From positions 84,971 to 148,970 of IMG/VR virus record IMGVR_UViG_3300028392_000034: a DNA stretch of 64,000 bases. One strand, written 5' to 3'. Made by a program: the position numbers and the translations under genes. Every line of letters begins with the position of its first letter. Within the stretch, counting starts at the first letter, position 1. Source of the stretch: a virus. A model generated the notes under the pieces. That model saw only the letters and a list, made by a program, of their open reading frames with translations. It searched no databases and had not been told where the DNA came from. Positions 1-9,908 of this stretch are shown piece by piece.

Positions 1-1
1 C

Positions 2-3000
2 ATAAAGATCGTAACCAGTGAATACTGCACCATTTGGGAACGTGGTATTACCAGTATTGCCAAAGGCCCATGAGTTAGCACCAGAGTTAGTTTGAATATA
101 AACACTGCTATTACCAGCCAAGGTTGCTGTGTTAGCGGCGTAGTCTAGCCCTAAGTTTACTTGATATGGATCCGCTATGTTGGCAGTCAAACCTACTGTG
201 TCTGTTCCCAAAGTCCATACAGCACCACCGCCCGGCACAGTCAAGTTACCAGCAGTGTCAAATGTCCAGTTAGACTCAACAAAATTGTTGTTGCCTTGAT
301 TGCCCAGCACATTATATTGGGTGATAACAAATGTGCCTCCGGTGCCTTCAGACACAGTAATAACATCACCATTAACATATCCTGAGCCCGGATTTACTAC
401 AGTGACACTTGCTAATTGGTTACTCAGTCCATAGCCTATGCCTACCGTCATTCCTGTGCCTGAACCACCAGTGGTTGCCTTCAAAGCACTTCCAGTATTA
501 TATCCACTACCGCCAGTAACAATGGTACAAATATTAAATTGTCCACCGGCTGTTAAGGTTAACCCTTCTAGATTGATCAATCTGCCATCTGTGCCAAATG
601 TCCATTGTGCTGAGTTGCCTACCGCATCATTGCTGTTGACCACAATATTGCCAGTGTTGGCCAATTTCACATAAAGATTGTCGCTGCCTAGATACAGTTC
701 AGTGTTATACAAATTGCCTGTGGTAAGATGTAAATGATTGCCTTCGACAACATTGCCAGTTGGGTATATTGCCAATTGTTGATCAATATTGCCACCATCG
801 GCAGGGGTAATAATCACTGCATTGCCAGAATAAGTTGTGACTGGTCCTTCTGATACGACACCGCCCTGGGGTAGCGTTAAGTCACCACCTGACCCAAAGT
901 CCCAAGCCTGTGTGTTGCCAACGTTGCCAGAATTGCTTGTGATTACTGTACCGAAAGCATCTATGTTTAGTTGACCCTGGTCTTCACGGATGTAAACACT
1001 TTGATCTGCGCTGAACACAATGCCAGCACCTTGACTGGCATTACCTGGGCCAATCAAGTTGCCTGTACCTGTTTCAAATGTCCAAGTTCCGTAGCCATCC
1101 GTGCCCACATTGACTACCAAATTGCCGTCTGCTGTGGCTATGTTGGCATAGCTGTTACCGTTGGCAATGAGATTGGTTGCTCCACCACCTGATCCACCGT
1201 AAGGATTGCCGTTGGCATAGTTGATGCTGGCAATGTTACTGGGTAGTGTTAAGTTACCGTTTTCATCAAAGGTCCAACGAAGTGGTATACCATCACTTGC
1301 TTTCTGATTTTCAATGAATACTTGAGGTTTGTTTATTAAATTATCTTTGAATGTTACATCTATCCAAGACCATGCATCATTAGGTCCAGTAGCAACATCT
1401 TCTACGTATACATCCCAAACACCTGCTGTTTGATACTCTACTGTTCTATAATTTCCAAATGTTGTAGTGAGTTGCAATGATGTATCAGAAGTTATGTTAC
1501 CTGTAGGGAATATTGTAGTTCCATTATTTCTAAATGACCAAGTGCTTGCACCGGAACCAATGTTTACATTACCGTATTCTGCTAGGCCGTTGGCCGAACC
1601 GCCACCGGTGATACTTACAGCAGCACCTGGACCTGCTTGGCCAAAACCACCAATGATATCAACAGCACCTCCGGTGCCGCTACCACCAACACCACCTGTT
1701 ATCTGAACATATCCGCCCGAGGTAGTGCCACCTTGACCGCCGGTGATTTCAATAAAGCCAGGAGCACCATTGCCTTGCGATTCACCACCATCCATACGGA
1801 TATAACCGCCGGTGCCATCTGCTGGAGCATAACCACCACGGATCTTGACGTCACCACCCGAACCGTTGTTGTTGCCACCACGACCAGCCCATAAGTAGAT
1901 GTCACCACCTTCTCCGCCGTTGCTGTCTTCACCTTTGCCAGGATTGATTACCAAGCGTTGGCTATTAATACCATCTGCATTGCTACCATCTGGAGTTGAG
2001 ATAATGGCTTCTTGTGTGGCATCACCAAACAACAGGGTTTGACCACTAATTGTGCCCGACGGATTGTCACCACGTTGCACTGTTATATTTGGGAATATGG
2101 TGCTACGATCCGCACCAAAGGTCCAGGTGCCTGTGGCTGTGTTGATTGCCACATTACCTGCATAGTTGCTGACTGTCAATGCTTCTACGTTGGCATTTTG
2201 ATTTGCTGGCAAATAGACATCTGCGGCACCTTCAATACCGGGATTGATACGAATACCCTCTGTACCATATTCGGCACCGTTGTATTCACCAATGGTCCAC
2301 TGACCGTCCAGGTAGCCGATCAAGTTGCCAAGACCGTATTGTATAGTATTGGCGGCGCCGCTTGGTGTGTTTGGTAGTGCAATGGCGCCATTTACAGTGA
2401 CATTGCCGTCGACCAAAAAGCCATCCGGTGTGGTCACAGTGATATTCACACTGTTGACATTGGCATAGATACTGCCACTAGGATCTGGAATGTTGACTTC
2501 GCTGAATTCGTTAATCAGTTTGCTTGCTGTTCCAATGTTGGCAGAGGCCACAATTCCAGTTAGCCCAGATCCGTTTCCTGAATAGTTGTAGGAATAAATT
2601 GTGTTCCAACGCAGAGTAGGAGCACCCAAATTACGGACATGAGTCTGATCCGGCACAATGTTGACATTGCTCTTGACCATACCCGTTCCATTAGGAGCCA
2701 ACACCAAGTTACCGTTGGTATTTGTGGTTTTTATGGTGTTGCTGACCATTTGGATATTGCTACCAACCGGACCTGCCGCAAAAACTTGGTCAAAGTTTAG
2801 ATTGGTATCATTGAAAGCTGTGCGTAGCGGATCGCCTGTGCCGTCGTTTGGCAAAGTGCCAATGTTGATTATTTGTTGTCCGCCCGAGCTAAATGTGCCA
2901 GTCATGACACCCGTGGCTGTGGTCAACCCAACGACAGCACCGCCGGGCAAGCTGGTCACTGTGATGGTGCTGGTTGGGTATCCCGGAACGACGGTGCCGA

Positions 3001-3148
3001 TATAATAAGTAGCACCAGCGGTTATTCCGCCAAATGTGGTGCCCGAAAACACAATGGGCATGCCTGAAAACATGTTGGTCGCCGAGCTGACGGTAATCGT
3101 ATCGGTGGTAGCATTGGTGGCTGTAGCGGTTACTGTATAGGTGGTCAT
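2..3148 (-). CDS. Tail fibre / baseplate-attached structural protein, >1049 aa, runs off window start
   Basis: Not in ORF track. Manual translation of both ends from ATG 3148 (MTTYTVTATATNATTDTITV...), same frame; contains IINIGTLPNDGTGDPLRTAF (T4 gp9/gp10-like motif), repeated W-x-F-x-x-x-G modules and a Gly-rich segment; middle not checked codon by codon. Confidence 0.85.
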   Translation of the reverse strand, partial: MTTYTVTATATNATTDTITVSSATNMFSGMPIVFSGTTFGGITAGATYYIGTVVPGYPTSTITVTSLPGGAVVGLTTATGVMTGTFSSGGQQIINIGTLPNDGTGDPLRTAFNDTNLNFDQVFAAGPVGSNIQMVSNTIKTTNTNGNLVLAPNGTGMVKSNVNIVPDQTHVRNLGAPTLRWNTIYSYNYSGNGSGLTGIVASANIGTASKLINEFSEVNIPDPSGSIYANVNSVNITVTTPDGFLVDGNVTVNGAIALPNTPSGAANTIQYGLGNLIGYLDGQWTIGEYNGAEYGTEGIRINPGIEGAADVYLPANQNANVEALTVSNYAGNVAINTATGTWTFGADRSTIFPNITVQRGDNPSGTISGQTLLFGDATQEAIISTPDGSNADGINSQRLVINPGKGEDSNGGEGGDIYLWAGRGGNNNGSGGDVKIRGGYAPADGTGGYIRMDGGESQGNGAPGFIEITGGQGGTTSGGYVQITGGVGGSGTGGAVDIIGGFGQAGPGAAVSITGGGSANGLAEYGNVNIGSGASTWSFRNNGTTIFPTGNITSDTSLQLTTTFGNYRTVEYQTAGVWDVYVEDVATGPNDAWSWIDVTFKDNLINKPQVFIENQKASDGIPLRWTFDENGNLTLPSNIASINYANGNPYGGSGGGATNLIANGNSYANIATADGNLVVNVGTDGYGTWTFETGTGNLIGPGNASQGAGIVFSADQSVYIREDQGQLNIDAFGTVITSNSGNVGNTQAWDFGSGGDLTLPQGGVVSEGPVTTYSGNAVIITPADGGNIDQQLAIYPTGNVVEGNHLHLTTGNLYNTELYLGSDNLYVKLANTGNIVVNSNDAVGNSAQWTFGTDGRLINLEGLTLTAGGQFNICTIVTGGSGYNTGSALKATTGGSGTGMTVGIGYGLSNQLASVTVVNPGSGYVNGDVITVSEGTGGTFVITQYNVLGNQGNNNFVESNWTFDTAGNLTVPGGGAVWTLGTDTVGLTANIADPYQVNLGLDYAANTATLAGNSSVYIQTNSGANSWAFGNTGNTTFPNGAVFTGYDLY

Positions 3149-3157
3149 GAGTCTAGT

Positions 3158-3190
3158 TAGCCTTTTTAGTTATTTATGGTAAAATAGCTA
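3158..3190 (-). promoter_or_regulatory. Late-type promoter ATAAATA in the loop of a hairpin covering the RBS of the tail-fibre gene
   Basis: Minus strand TAGCTATTTTA-CCATAAATAAC-TAAAAAGGCTA. Confidence 0.55.
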
Positions 3191-3200
3191 TCCAGACGGC

Positions 3201-3230
3201 ATTGCACAATGTGCAATTCAGTGTTATACT
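3201..3230 (+). promoter_or_regulatory. Sigma70-like promoter with an inverted repeat over the -35
   Basis: TTGCAC 3202-3207, 17 nt, TATACT 3225-3230; ATTGCACA-A-TGTGCAAT 3201-3217. Confidence 0.65.
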
Positions 3231-3277
3231 AGCATCAGCTGTTGTTAAACAGCGTTTAACATTGAAAGGTAAAAACA

Positions 3278-3541
3278 ATGAAACATTTTAATCCAGAAAC
3301 CAAGACGTTCAAAGTATTCACAGCATTGCAATCCGGCAAGGCTTTGACTGCTAGTCAAGCCAGTAAAATGGGCGTAAAAAACCTGTCAGCTGAAGTGAGC
3401 AGAATCCGTTCAAACGGTTTTGCCGTCTATACGAATTCTCGTAAAGCAGGCAACGGTGTTACTGTAACCGAATACGTGTTGGGCAAACCAAGCCGTAAAT
3501 TAGTAGCCGCTGGCTACCGCGCTCTTGCATTAGGTATCTAA
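3278..3541 (+). CDS. Winged helix-turn-helix DNA-binding protein
   Basis: 87 aa, basic, LTASQASKMGVKNLSAEVSRIR HTH-like pattern; RBS AAAGGT. Confidence 0.7.
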   Translation: MKHFNPETKTFKVFTALQSGKALTASQASKMGVKNLSAEVSRIRSNGFAVYTNSRKAGNGVTVTEYVLGKPSRKLVAAGYRALALGI

Positions 3542-3580
3542 TACCCTTCCGCTGTCCAATTCAGACTGGACACTGAGCCC

Positions 3581-3606
3581 AAACCCCGTGCAATGCGGGG
3601 TTTTTT
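3581..3606 (+). terminator. Intrinsic terminator
   Basis: CCCCGT-GCAA-TGCGGGG-type hairpin followed by TTTTTT. Confidence 0.8.
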
Positions 3607-3612
3607 CTTGAC

Positions 3613-3647
3613 TTGACCATTAAATTCATTTCCTGTATAATACTTGT
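3613..3647 (+). promoter_or_regulatory. Early sigma70 promoter, leaderless
   Basis: TTGACC-17-TATAAT-ACTTGT then ATG 3648. Confidence 0.8.
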
Positions 3648-4103
3648 ATGCTAAAACATCTATTCAAACGCCTGGGAAGATATAGGGTTATTATGGATCG
3701 CGAAAACAACGAACCATACCTGGAACGCTATTATCTTTTTCTTCGAGATCGTACTTGGTTTCCATTCAATGTGTTTTTACACAAATTTTTAAAAAGTGAT
3801 CCTGACCATGTGCATGATCATCCATGGCCCTATGCAACCGTAATTTTGCGTGGCGGCTACTGGGAATGGGTTCCGCAATTTGATGCAAACGGTCACAAAA
3901 TTTGTGAAATTGCCAAATGGCGCAGACCCGGTCATGTTCGCATTTGCAGTGCTGACTCGTACCATCGAATCGAACTAGACCCTAGTGTTGTTACCTGGAC
4001 CCTATTCATGCCAGGACCCAAACAGCGTGATTGGGGCTTTTTGGTTCGCAATCGCTGGATACAACATGAACAGTATTTTGCTCAACGACAAGCCATTAAA
4101 TAA
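3648..4103 (+). CDS. Cupin-fold protein
   Basis: HVHDHPW...GGYWE...YHRIEL cupin motifs. Confidence 0.7.
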   Translation: MLKHLFKRLGRYRVIMDRENNEPYLERYYLFLRDRTWFPFNVFLHKFLKSDPDHVHDHPWPYATVILRGGYWEWVPQFDANGHKICEIAKWRRPGHVRICSADSYHRIELDPSVVTWTLFMPGPKQRDWGFLVRNRWIQHEQYFAQRQAIK

Positions 4104-4107
4104 CAGC

Positions 4108-4683
4108 ATGACGTTAAAACCCTATCATCAACTTGATTGTCCAGACGATCTGCAGAAAACTATTTCTGAAAAAACCATTGATTTTTTAAAAACAAAACAT
4201 GATATTTTAAATGTAACAAAACCCTCGCTGTGGAACAAATTGGACACAGTAGAGTTTGTTCGAGCAGTTCCGGAGTTAGCACAATATTTCAAAACTCTCA
4301 AGTTGCAATTAAGAGAAGTGGCATTTACAATTTGTGTCAGTAACGAAAATGCCAATCTACACATTGATGAATTACCAGTGACTGCTAAAATTAACTTTCC
4401 TATTTTGAATACCCAAGACAGTCGAAATTTATGGTATTCGGTTCCGGCGGAATTAATGTCTCAAGTGAAACCGATCGTAAACAAATTTGGTGCAGCCTAT
4501 TACGATCTAAGTGCAATTGATCTTAGCCAGTGCCAACAACTTGCTTCGGTAGAAGTTTTAAAACCAGTGGTATTTAACAGTCAAATTCCACACACGATTG
4601 ACATGTCTAAATGTCAATCATTTCCAAGAGTAGTGTTAACCTGTATGTTTTTTAAAGAACCCGTCGATTTTCTTAAGGAGTAA
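4108..4683 (+). CDS. 2OG-Fe(II) oxygenase-like protein
   Basis: HxD (LHIDE), INFPI, distal H (IPHTI), R (PRVVL); start moved to ATG 4108. Confidence 0.6.
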   Translation: MTLKPYHQLDCPDDLQKTISEKTIDFLKTKHDILNVTKPSLWNKLDTVEFVRAVPELAQYFKTLKLQLREVAFTICVSNENANLHIDELPVTAKINFPILNTQDSRNLWYSVPAELMSQVKPIVNKFGAAYYDLSAIDLSQCQQLASVEVLKPVVFNSQIPHTIDMSKCQSFPRVVLTCMFFKEPVDFLKE

Positions 4684-4685
4684 CT

Positions 4686-5213
4686 ATGCCCAATTGGTGT
4701 TCAAATCGTGCCGTTATTACAGGTCCAGCGCCGGTGATCGCTGAAATCAAACAGCGCCTGGCCCAGAATGATCCTGAATTGTTGGCTTGGATGGTGCCAC
4801 AGCCTCGATTTGAAGGCGATCAAGATTGGTACCAGTGGAATGTAAATAACTGGGGAACCAAGTGGGACATTTGTGATGTTGGTATCCTTGATGACACAGA
4901 GGAAGATTCAATCTCATTTGAGTTTTCTACAGCCTGGGCACCACCTATTGAAGCGTTTCATACCTGGGCCGCTGGTGATGGACGGGTGCAGTTTAAATTG
5001 GACTATTGGGAGTCTGGTGTGGGTTTTATAGGAACCACCACATACGATGGCGAATACCTAGACTCAGATGACGTTGATGCAAACTCAGATCAAGAACGCT
5101 ATCGAGAACTGGCAGCAGAGACGTGGGGCTATGTTGAATGGGACGACCCGGAGCCCTTGACTGAATGGTATAAAGAAGGTGTAAAGAACAAAGGATTGAC
5201 AAATGGAATTTGA
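4686..5213 (+). CDS. DUF1281/YubB ferredoxin-like domain protein
   Basis: MPNWCSN, WYQWNVNNWGTKWD, FSTAWAPP motifs. Confidence 0.75.
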   Translation: MPNWCSNRAVITGPAPVIAEIKQRLAQNDPELLAWMVPQPRFEGDQDWYQWNVNNWGTKWDICDVGILDDTEEDSISFEFSTAWAPPIEAFHTWAAGDGRVQFKLDYWESGVGFIGTTTYDGEYLDSDDVDANSDQERYRELAAETWGYVEWDDPEPLTEWYKEGVKNKGLTNGI

Positions 5214-5562
5214 TGACGTTTTAAATGTGTTACTGGGCGTTGTAATCGGAATTGGCCTGGTCTTGCTGTATGCATGGTACCAATTTCAAATTCTTAGAAG
5301 TCAAATCGATCACATAATCGATCAGGCAATCACAGAAAAGTCTGCCATTGAATTGGAAATTGAAGTTGACAAGGGCGTGTATTTCTGCTACAATAACAAA
5401 GATAAACAGTTTGTTTGTCAAGGAAAAACAGCAACCGAAATCCGCGAAACCTTGCAAACTCGTTTTCCGGGCAAAGCGGCCTACTTGGTAGCCGGCGATC
5501 CTGTAATCGTAGCACAGTTCAAAGCAGAATTAGAAATCAATGAAAATAGCTCTAGCGTCTGA
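5203..5562 (+). CDS. Hypothetical protein with N-terminal TM helix
   Basis: Hydrophobic N-terminus; overlaps both neighbours. Confidence 0.65.
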   Translation: MEFDDVLNVLLGVVIGIGLVLLYAWYQFQILRSQIDHIIDQAITEKSAIELEIEVDKGVYFCYNNKDKQFVCQGKTATEIRETLQTRFPGKAAYLVAGDPVIVAQFKAELEINENSSSV

Positions 5563-6463
5563 TATTCATTTGGAATTTGGTCCAATTGATCTAACCAATG
5601 ATCAAGCAGCTGATGTGCTGATCCTGGCCGGAGATATCTGTGTGGCCGACGACTTTGTTAGTCCACGTGGTTTCAAGCAAGAACAGGCACAACAGTATCG
5701 TAAATTCTTTGAGCAGGCATGCAGTGAATTTCCGCACGTGGTTTACATCCTGGGTAACCATGAACACTATCACGGTGACGCGGCTAAAAGTTATAGTATT
5801 CTTCGAGAGCATTTGGATTTTGGAAATTTGCATATTCTTGAAAAAGAAACATGGCGTCATCAGGATCATACCTTTATCTGTGGTACCTTGTGGACTGATA
5901 TGAATCGTGAGGACCCGATAACCTTGATGCATACCAAAACGGCCATGAATGATTTCCGTGGAGTGGTGAACAGCCGTCGGACCATAGCACGTAAAGTACC
6001 ACTTTACGAACCCAACCCACTGTGGACTGAAGATGGCCAGAATGGTGGGCGGTATCTCACAAATGAAGCAGGTCAAATGATTGTCATTGGGCATAAACGC
6101 AAAGAAGAGCCGGCCAACTGGAGCCCAGAAGATACTGTAGAAGAGCATCAGCAGATGTTGGCCTATATCAATACCGTGGTTCAGGATCCCGGCAACTACA
6201 TTGTGGTCGGGCATCATGCACCCAGCAGTCGCAGTGTAGCAGAGTATTATCGTGCCGACACAGTGATGAATGGTGCGTTCCGCAGTGAGCTGGATGAATT
6301 TATTGCAGATCGTCCACGTATCCGACTATGGGTGCATGGTCACATGCACAACGCCAGTGACTACCGGATTGGTGAGACCCGAGTGGTGTGTAACCCACGT
6401 GGATACATTGGCTATGAAACATGTGCAAACAACTTTGAACTAAAGTATTTGGAGGTCGAATGA
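5540..6463 (+). CDS. Calcineurin-like metallophosphoesterase
   Basis: DIH, AGD, GNHEH, GHH, HGHMH motifs. Confidence 0.9.
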   Translation: MKIALASDIHLEFGPIDLTNDQAADVLILAGDICVADDFVSPRGFKQEQAQQYRKFFEQACSEFPHVVYILGNHEHYHGDAAKSYSILREHLDFGNLHILEKETWRHQDHTFICGTLWTDMNREDPITLMHTKTAMNDFRGVVNSRRTIARKVPLYEPNPLWTEDGQNGGRYLTNEAGQMIVIGHKRKEEPANWSPEDTVEEHQQMLAYINTVVQDPGNYIVVGHHAPSSRSVAEYYRADTVMNGAFRSELDEFIADRPRIRLWVHGHMHNASDYRIGETRVVCNPRGYIGYETCANNFELKYLEVE

Positions 6464-6651
6464 AAGTAAAAGAATATACAGTGTTGGTAGATTGTATCGA
6501 GCGCGGAGTCAAATACGGTATGAACCGTGCATATAAATATTCAGAAACCCCCACACGGGCCTACATTGAAGAACAGATTGCTGATGCTGTGTTGTTGGAA
6601 ATTTCGGAGTATTTTACGTTTGACAATGAAACAACCATGGAGATTGATTGA
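6460..6651 (+). CDS. Hypothetical protein
   Basis: ATGA-coupled, RBS GGAGG. Confidence 0.7.
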   Translation: MKVKEYTVLVDCIERGVKYGMNRAYKYSETPTRAYIEEQIADAVLLEISEYFTFDNETTMEID

Positions 6652-7091
6652 TGAAAATCGGACTTAGTTATAGTCGATGCGTTCGAGACATTGTGGACGG
6701 CAAGGTAGACATTGCGGATGTGCTAGTGCTGATTACTCGTACCGATTTCGATCCGCATGATGACAAGCAATGGTCAGGTATTTGGATTGGCTACGGTGGT
6801 GGCACAGACAATGCATACAGCCGTGGATTTTTTAGCCACAGCAATCCCGAATGGGCCGGCTACCACGATGAAGATCGTTTCCGTAGTGTCAGCATTGAAC
6901 TTTGGGAAACTGGTCGACTACATCAGCCACGCAAGTTTGGCGTAAAACCTGCTCGCCGTCCAGAGATTTGGTTAGAAACTGTTTTGCCTAGTAGCGAACT
7001 GGAAAGTAATCCTGCGGCAAAAAGTGCATGGGATCAGTTTCAAACAGTGGCTGGCTTGACCAACGTTAGTTTAGATCGGGAGTATCGATGA
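6651..7091 (+). CDS. Hypothetical protein
   Basis: Coupled ORF MKIGLSYSRC..., RBS GGAG. Confidence 0.75.
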   Translation: MKIGLSYSRCVRDIVDGKVDIADVLVLITRTDFDPHDDKQWSGIWIGYGGGTDNAYSRGFFSHSNPEWAGYHDEDRFRSVSIELWETGRLHQPRKFGVKPARRPEIWLETVLPSSELESNPAAKSAWDQFQTVAGLTNVSLDREYR

Positions 7092-7270
7092 ACTGGCTAA
7101 GATACAGTGGCATCACAGTTAGATTGAATCTAAATCCATTCCACTGGTCTTATTTGGGCGGCGCCGGTCGTGAGTTTAGAGGTGAGTGGGCCGGACCCAA
7201 TGAAAAGGGCTGGTATGTTCGATTTCTTTTTTTAACTGTTAGTGTTTGGATTGATGATGGGAGTTGGTAA
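7088..7270 (+). CDS. Hypothetical protein
   Basis: ATGA-coupled, RBS GGGAG. Confidence 0.65.
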   Translation: MNWLRYSGITVRLNLNPFHWSYLGGAGREFRGEWAGPNEKGWYVRFLFLTVSVWIDDGSW

Positions 7271-7473
7271 TGACTGAATTGGCACTTAACCGTAAACAGC
7301 TGGGCAAGTTAACCGAGATATATACTCATTTTAAAGAAGTAGAATGGTTTACGATCAAAGTGGATCACACCAGTGGCATTGGCACAGGACTGGTAGTTAC
7401 ATTCAATCTGTTCAACGATAACGACAAAGATGTTGACACCACAATTGATATCACTGATGTAAGCACCTGGTAG
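7270..7473 (+). CDS. Hypothetical protein
   Basis: TAATG-coupled, RBS GGGAG. Confidence 0.65.
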   Translation: MTELALNRKQLGKLTEIYTHFKEVEWFTIKVDHTSGIGTGLVVTFNLFNDNDKDVDTTIDITDVSTW

Positions 7474-7483
7474 TCGTTGAACT

Positions 7484-7888
7484 ATGGGCATGTTTGATAA
7501 TATCCGTTATCGAGGCGAGGAGTATCAAACAAAAGATACTCCGGCTCAGTTGTTGGATAATTACAAGATAGAACAGAATCAGGATGACGGGTATTGGTAT
7601 CTATGGCATGAAGAATACGATGCCGAGTGGGTTGAGGATGATGCAGCATTGTTGGGCGGCTATATAAAACAGTCAAACCAGCATTGGATATGCTGTAATG
7701 AGTTTGATGGGGAAATACGTTTTTATCGGCATGCATTAGAAACCCCGCAGAAATCATGGGAAAGCAATGCCTGGATAGAATACAAGGCCTTGTTCATGGA
7801 TGGGCAGATGATAAAGATTCGAGAAATATTCAATGAACCTCTTACCGAATGGTACAAAGATGGTGTAAAGGAAAAAGGATTAGAATGA
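7484..7888 (+). CDS. Hypothetical protein (MGMFD... family)
   Basis: 134 aa; C-terminal 16 aa shared with ORF 4686. Confidence 0.7.
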   Translation: MGMFDNIRYRGEEYQTKDTPAQLLDNYKIEQNQDDGYWYLWHEEYDAEWVEDDAALLGGYIKQSNQHWICCNEFDGEIRFYRHALETPQKSWESNAWIEYKALFMDGQMIKIREIFNEPLTEWYKDGVKEKGLE

Positions 7889-8562
7889 AAGTTTACATTA
7901 GCAAATATCGTGATCATTGGATCTCACCATACACCATCTTAAAAACTGTTTGTTTTTGGGAAAAGGATGAGGGTGTATTTTACGACCACGAAGATACAGG
8001 CCAAGGCCGATATGTCAAGTGGGTCAACTTCTTAAATCCCATTTGCGTTGCCGTGCGTAAGTTTTTAGACGTTGTGCATCCTCGAATCACGTATGTCAAA
8101 ATTGATCGGTGGGATACCTGGAGCATGGATCACACTTTGGCTGAAATTGTTCTGCCCATGCTTCGACAGTTGAATAAAGATAAACACGGTGCTCCGTATG
8201 TGGATGACAAAGATGTGCCCAAAGGCTTAGGCTTGCGTAGCACAGAAGCACCAGCCAAAGAAAACGAGTGGGATACTGATGCCAACCACTTCCGACGTTG
8301 GGATTGGGTGCTGGGTGAAATGATTTTTGCGTTCGAATGTAAAACAGATGACTCGTGGGAAGAGAAGTTTCGTTCGGGCGAGTTTGATCAGAAAACAGTG
8401 GCTTGTGCATGGGACGAAACCGGCAAGGCCACCATGTATAAATGGGAAGACGGCCCTAATCACACTTACCAATGTGATTACAAAGGTATAGAAAAGGTTC
8501 AGAAACGTATCAAAAATGGGTTTGTGCTGTTTGGAAAATACTACCAGAATCTTTGGGACTGA
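7885..8562 (+). CDS. Hypothetical protein
   Basis: ATGA-coupled start at 7885 (MKVYISKYRDHW...). Confidence 0.75.
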   Translation: MKVYISKYRDHWISPYTILKTVCFWEKDEGVFYDHEDTGQGRYVKWVNFLNPICVAVRKFLDVVHPRITYVKIDRWDTWSMDHTLAEIVLPMLRQLNKDKHGAPYVDDKDVPKGLGLRSTEAPAKENEWDTDANHFRRWDWVLGEMIFAFECKTDDSWEEKFRSGEFDQKTVACAWDETGKATMYKWEDGPNHTYQCDYKGIEKVQKRIKNGFVLFGKYYQNLWD

Positions 8563-9053
8563 TGACAGAAGAATCCAACATTGCCAAAGGCAGAGACAGT
8601 TTTGATATTTCTACTGGCAACACTTTAGTTGCCTTTTTCAATCGAAACATAACGCCTTACGCTACCAGCACCCTAGGACCCGCATTTGATCTAGTGCCGG
8701 TAGAAAAACAAAAAGATCTCATGATCAATCATGCCAGGATGTATGCCCAGCAGGAATATGATCGTATTATGGAATTGGTCGCAGTGCTACAAAAACAAGC
8801 CGAAGATATTCGACGTAGACTAGAAGTCACTGACCGGGTGCATGCCGCAGAATATCAGTTTCAAGTTGTGATGGGCAACTCGTATTGGTTGGTATGGCAC
8901 CGGAGACGTGAACGAACTCTCTTGGTCATGACCGGTCCTACAGAATGGAATACCGGTGTACCCGAAGATTATGAATACCTGACGCAGGTCAAATATATAG
9001 GAGATCATACTTGGTTAGAGATTGACACAAATAGAGAAAGCGTGTTAAAATAG
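8562..9053 (+). CDS. DUF2452-like protein
   Basis: Helical QQEYDRIMEL...LQKQAEDIRRR followed by FQVVMGNSYWL; family assigned from memory. Confidence 0.55.
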   Translation: MTEESNIAKGRDSFDISTGNTLVAFFNRNITPYATSTLGPAFDLVPVEKQKDLMINHARMYAQQEYDRIMELVAVLQKQAEDIRRRLEVTDRVHAAEYQFQVVMGNSYWLVWHRRRERTLLVMTGPTEWNTGVPEDYEYLTQVKYIGDHTWLEIDTNRESVLK

Positions 9054-9056
9054 AGT
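9022..9056 (+). promoter_or_regulatory. Sigma70 promoter with extended -10, leaderless
   Basis: TTGACA-18-TAAAAT preceded by TGn, 5 nt, ATG 9057. Confidence 0.6.
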
Positions 9057-9302
9057 ATGACAAACCCTTTTGAACAGATAGTGGCCTTTGCCGATCAAGA
9101 TAGTAAAATTCGTAAATCTATCTCTCAACAACAATTCGAGCAATGGCGCCAGGAGTTCAGTTTTGATGCCTTGTACGGCATTAGATACGGGCAAAGTTTT
9201 TGTAATCACTTTGGTATTACTGATAATATTCTGTTTTATACCTTCGACGATCCAGCCAAAGCTGATCTTTACATAAAGAAACACTACATTGCACGACCCT
9301 GA
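9057..9302 (+). CDS. Hypothetical protein
   Basis: 81 aa ORF directly after promoter. Confidence 0.65.
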   Translation: MTNPFEQIVAFADQDSKIRKSISQQQFEQWRQEFSFDALYGIRYGQSFCNHFGITDNILFYTFDDPAKADLYIKKHYIARP

Positions 9303-9507
9303 ATATATCCACTCAATCACGGTTGCCCTGGACAACAAAGATGACATGTTGAGGTGGGATCAAATCTGTATTGACGCCATTGATCTGTTCGGCTTGCCTG
9401 GTGGTAGATACATAACTGATATTGGTGGCAACTCAATGGATTGGATTTTTCGAGACCAACAAGATGCATTACTTTTTAAATTGAAATTCAGCGAGGTCGT
9501 ATGTTAG
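9289..9507 (+). CDS. Small hypothetical protein, F-x4-D-x3-F paralogue family
   Basis: C-terminal WIFRDQQDALLFKLKF; start uncertain. Confidence 0.6.
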   Translation: MHDPEYIHSITVALDNKDDMLRWDQICIDAIDLFGLPGGRYITDIGGNSMDWIFRDQQDALLFKLKFSEVVC

Positions 9508-9908
9508 AAAAGAATTTATATTTTGCTTATGGTGCCAACATGCATCCAGAAGCCATGTCATGGCGTTGTCCTAAAGCTCAAGCCGATGGTGCTTTTATTC
9601 TGCAGGATTGGCAATTGAAATTCTACAACCACGCCACCGTTGAGCCATGCAGAGGTGCAGAAGTAGCCGGAGTCTTATGGAACATTACTGCTGATTGCGA
9701 ACGTAGTCTGGATGCATTTGAAGGATATCCGCACTACTACACCAAACGCACTTGGACACAAGATGGAGTAGAATTTTTCTTTTATGAAATGACCAGTCCT
9801 AAATCAGGCCGGCCTGGTGCAGGATATGTATCTGACATTGCAGAAAGTTATGCACTTTGGCAATTGCCTACCGAGTTATTAACCGAGTCCTTGCAGTCAC
9901 ATGCCTAA
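9501..9908 (+). CDS. Gamma-glutamylcyclotransferase (AIG2-like)
   Basis: YFAYGANM, GVLW, LDAFEGYP motifs. Confidence 0.85.
   Translation: MLEKNLYFAYGANMHPEAMSWRCPKAQADGAFILQDWQLKFYNHATVEPCRGAEVAGVLWNITADCERSLDAFEGYPHYYTKRTWTQDGVEFFFYEMTSPKSGRPGAGYVSDIAESYALWQLPTELLTESLQSHA

Noticed and set aside
161-3067. Ten or so + strand ORFs in the track
   Set aside because: Antisense shadows of the long - strand fibre gene; no RBS or motifs
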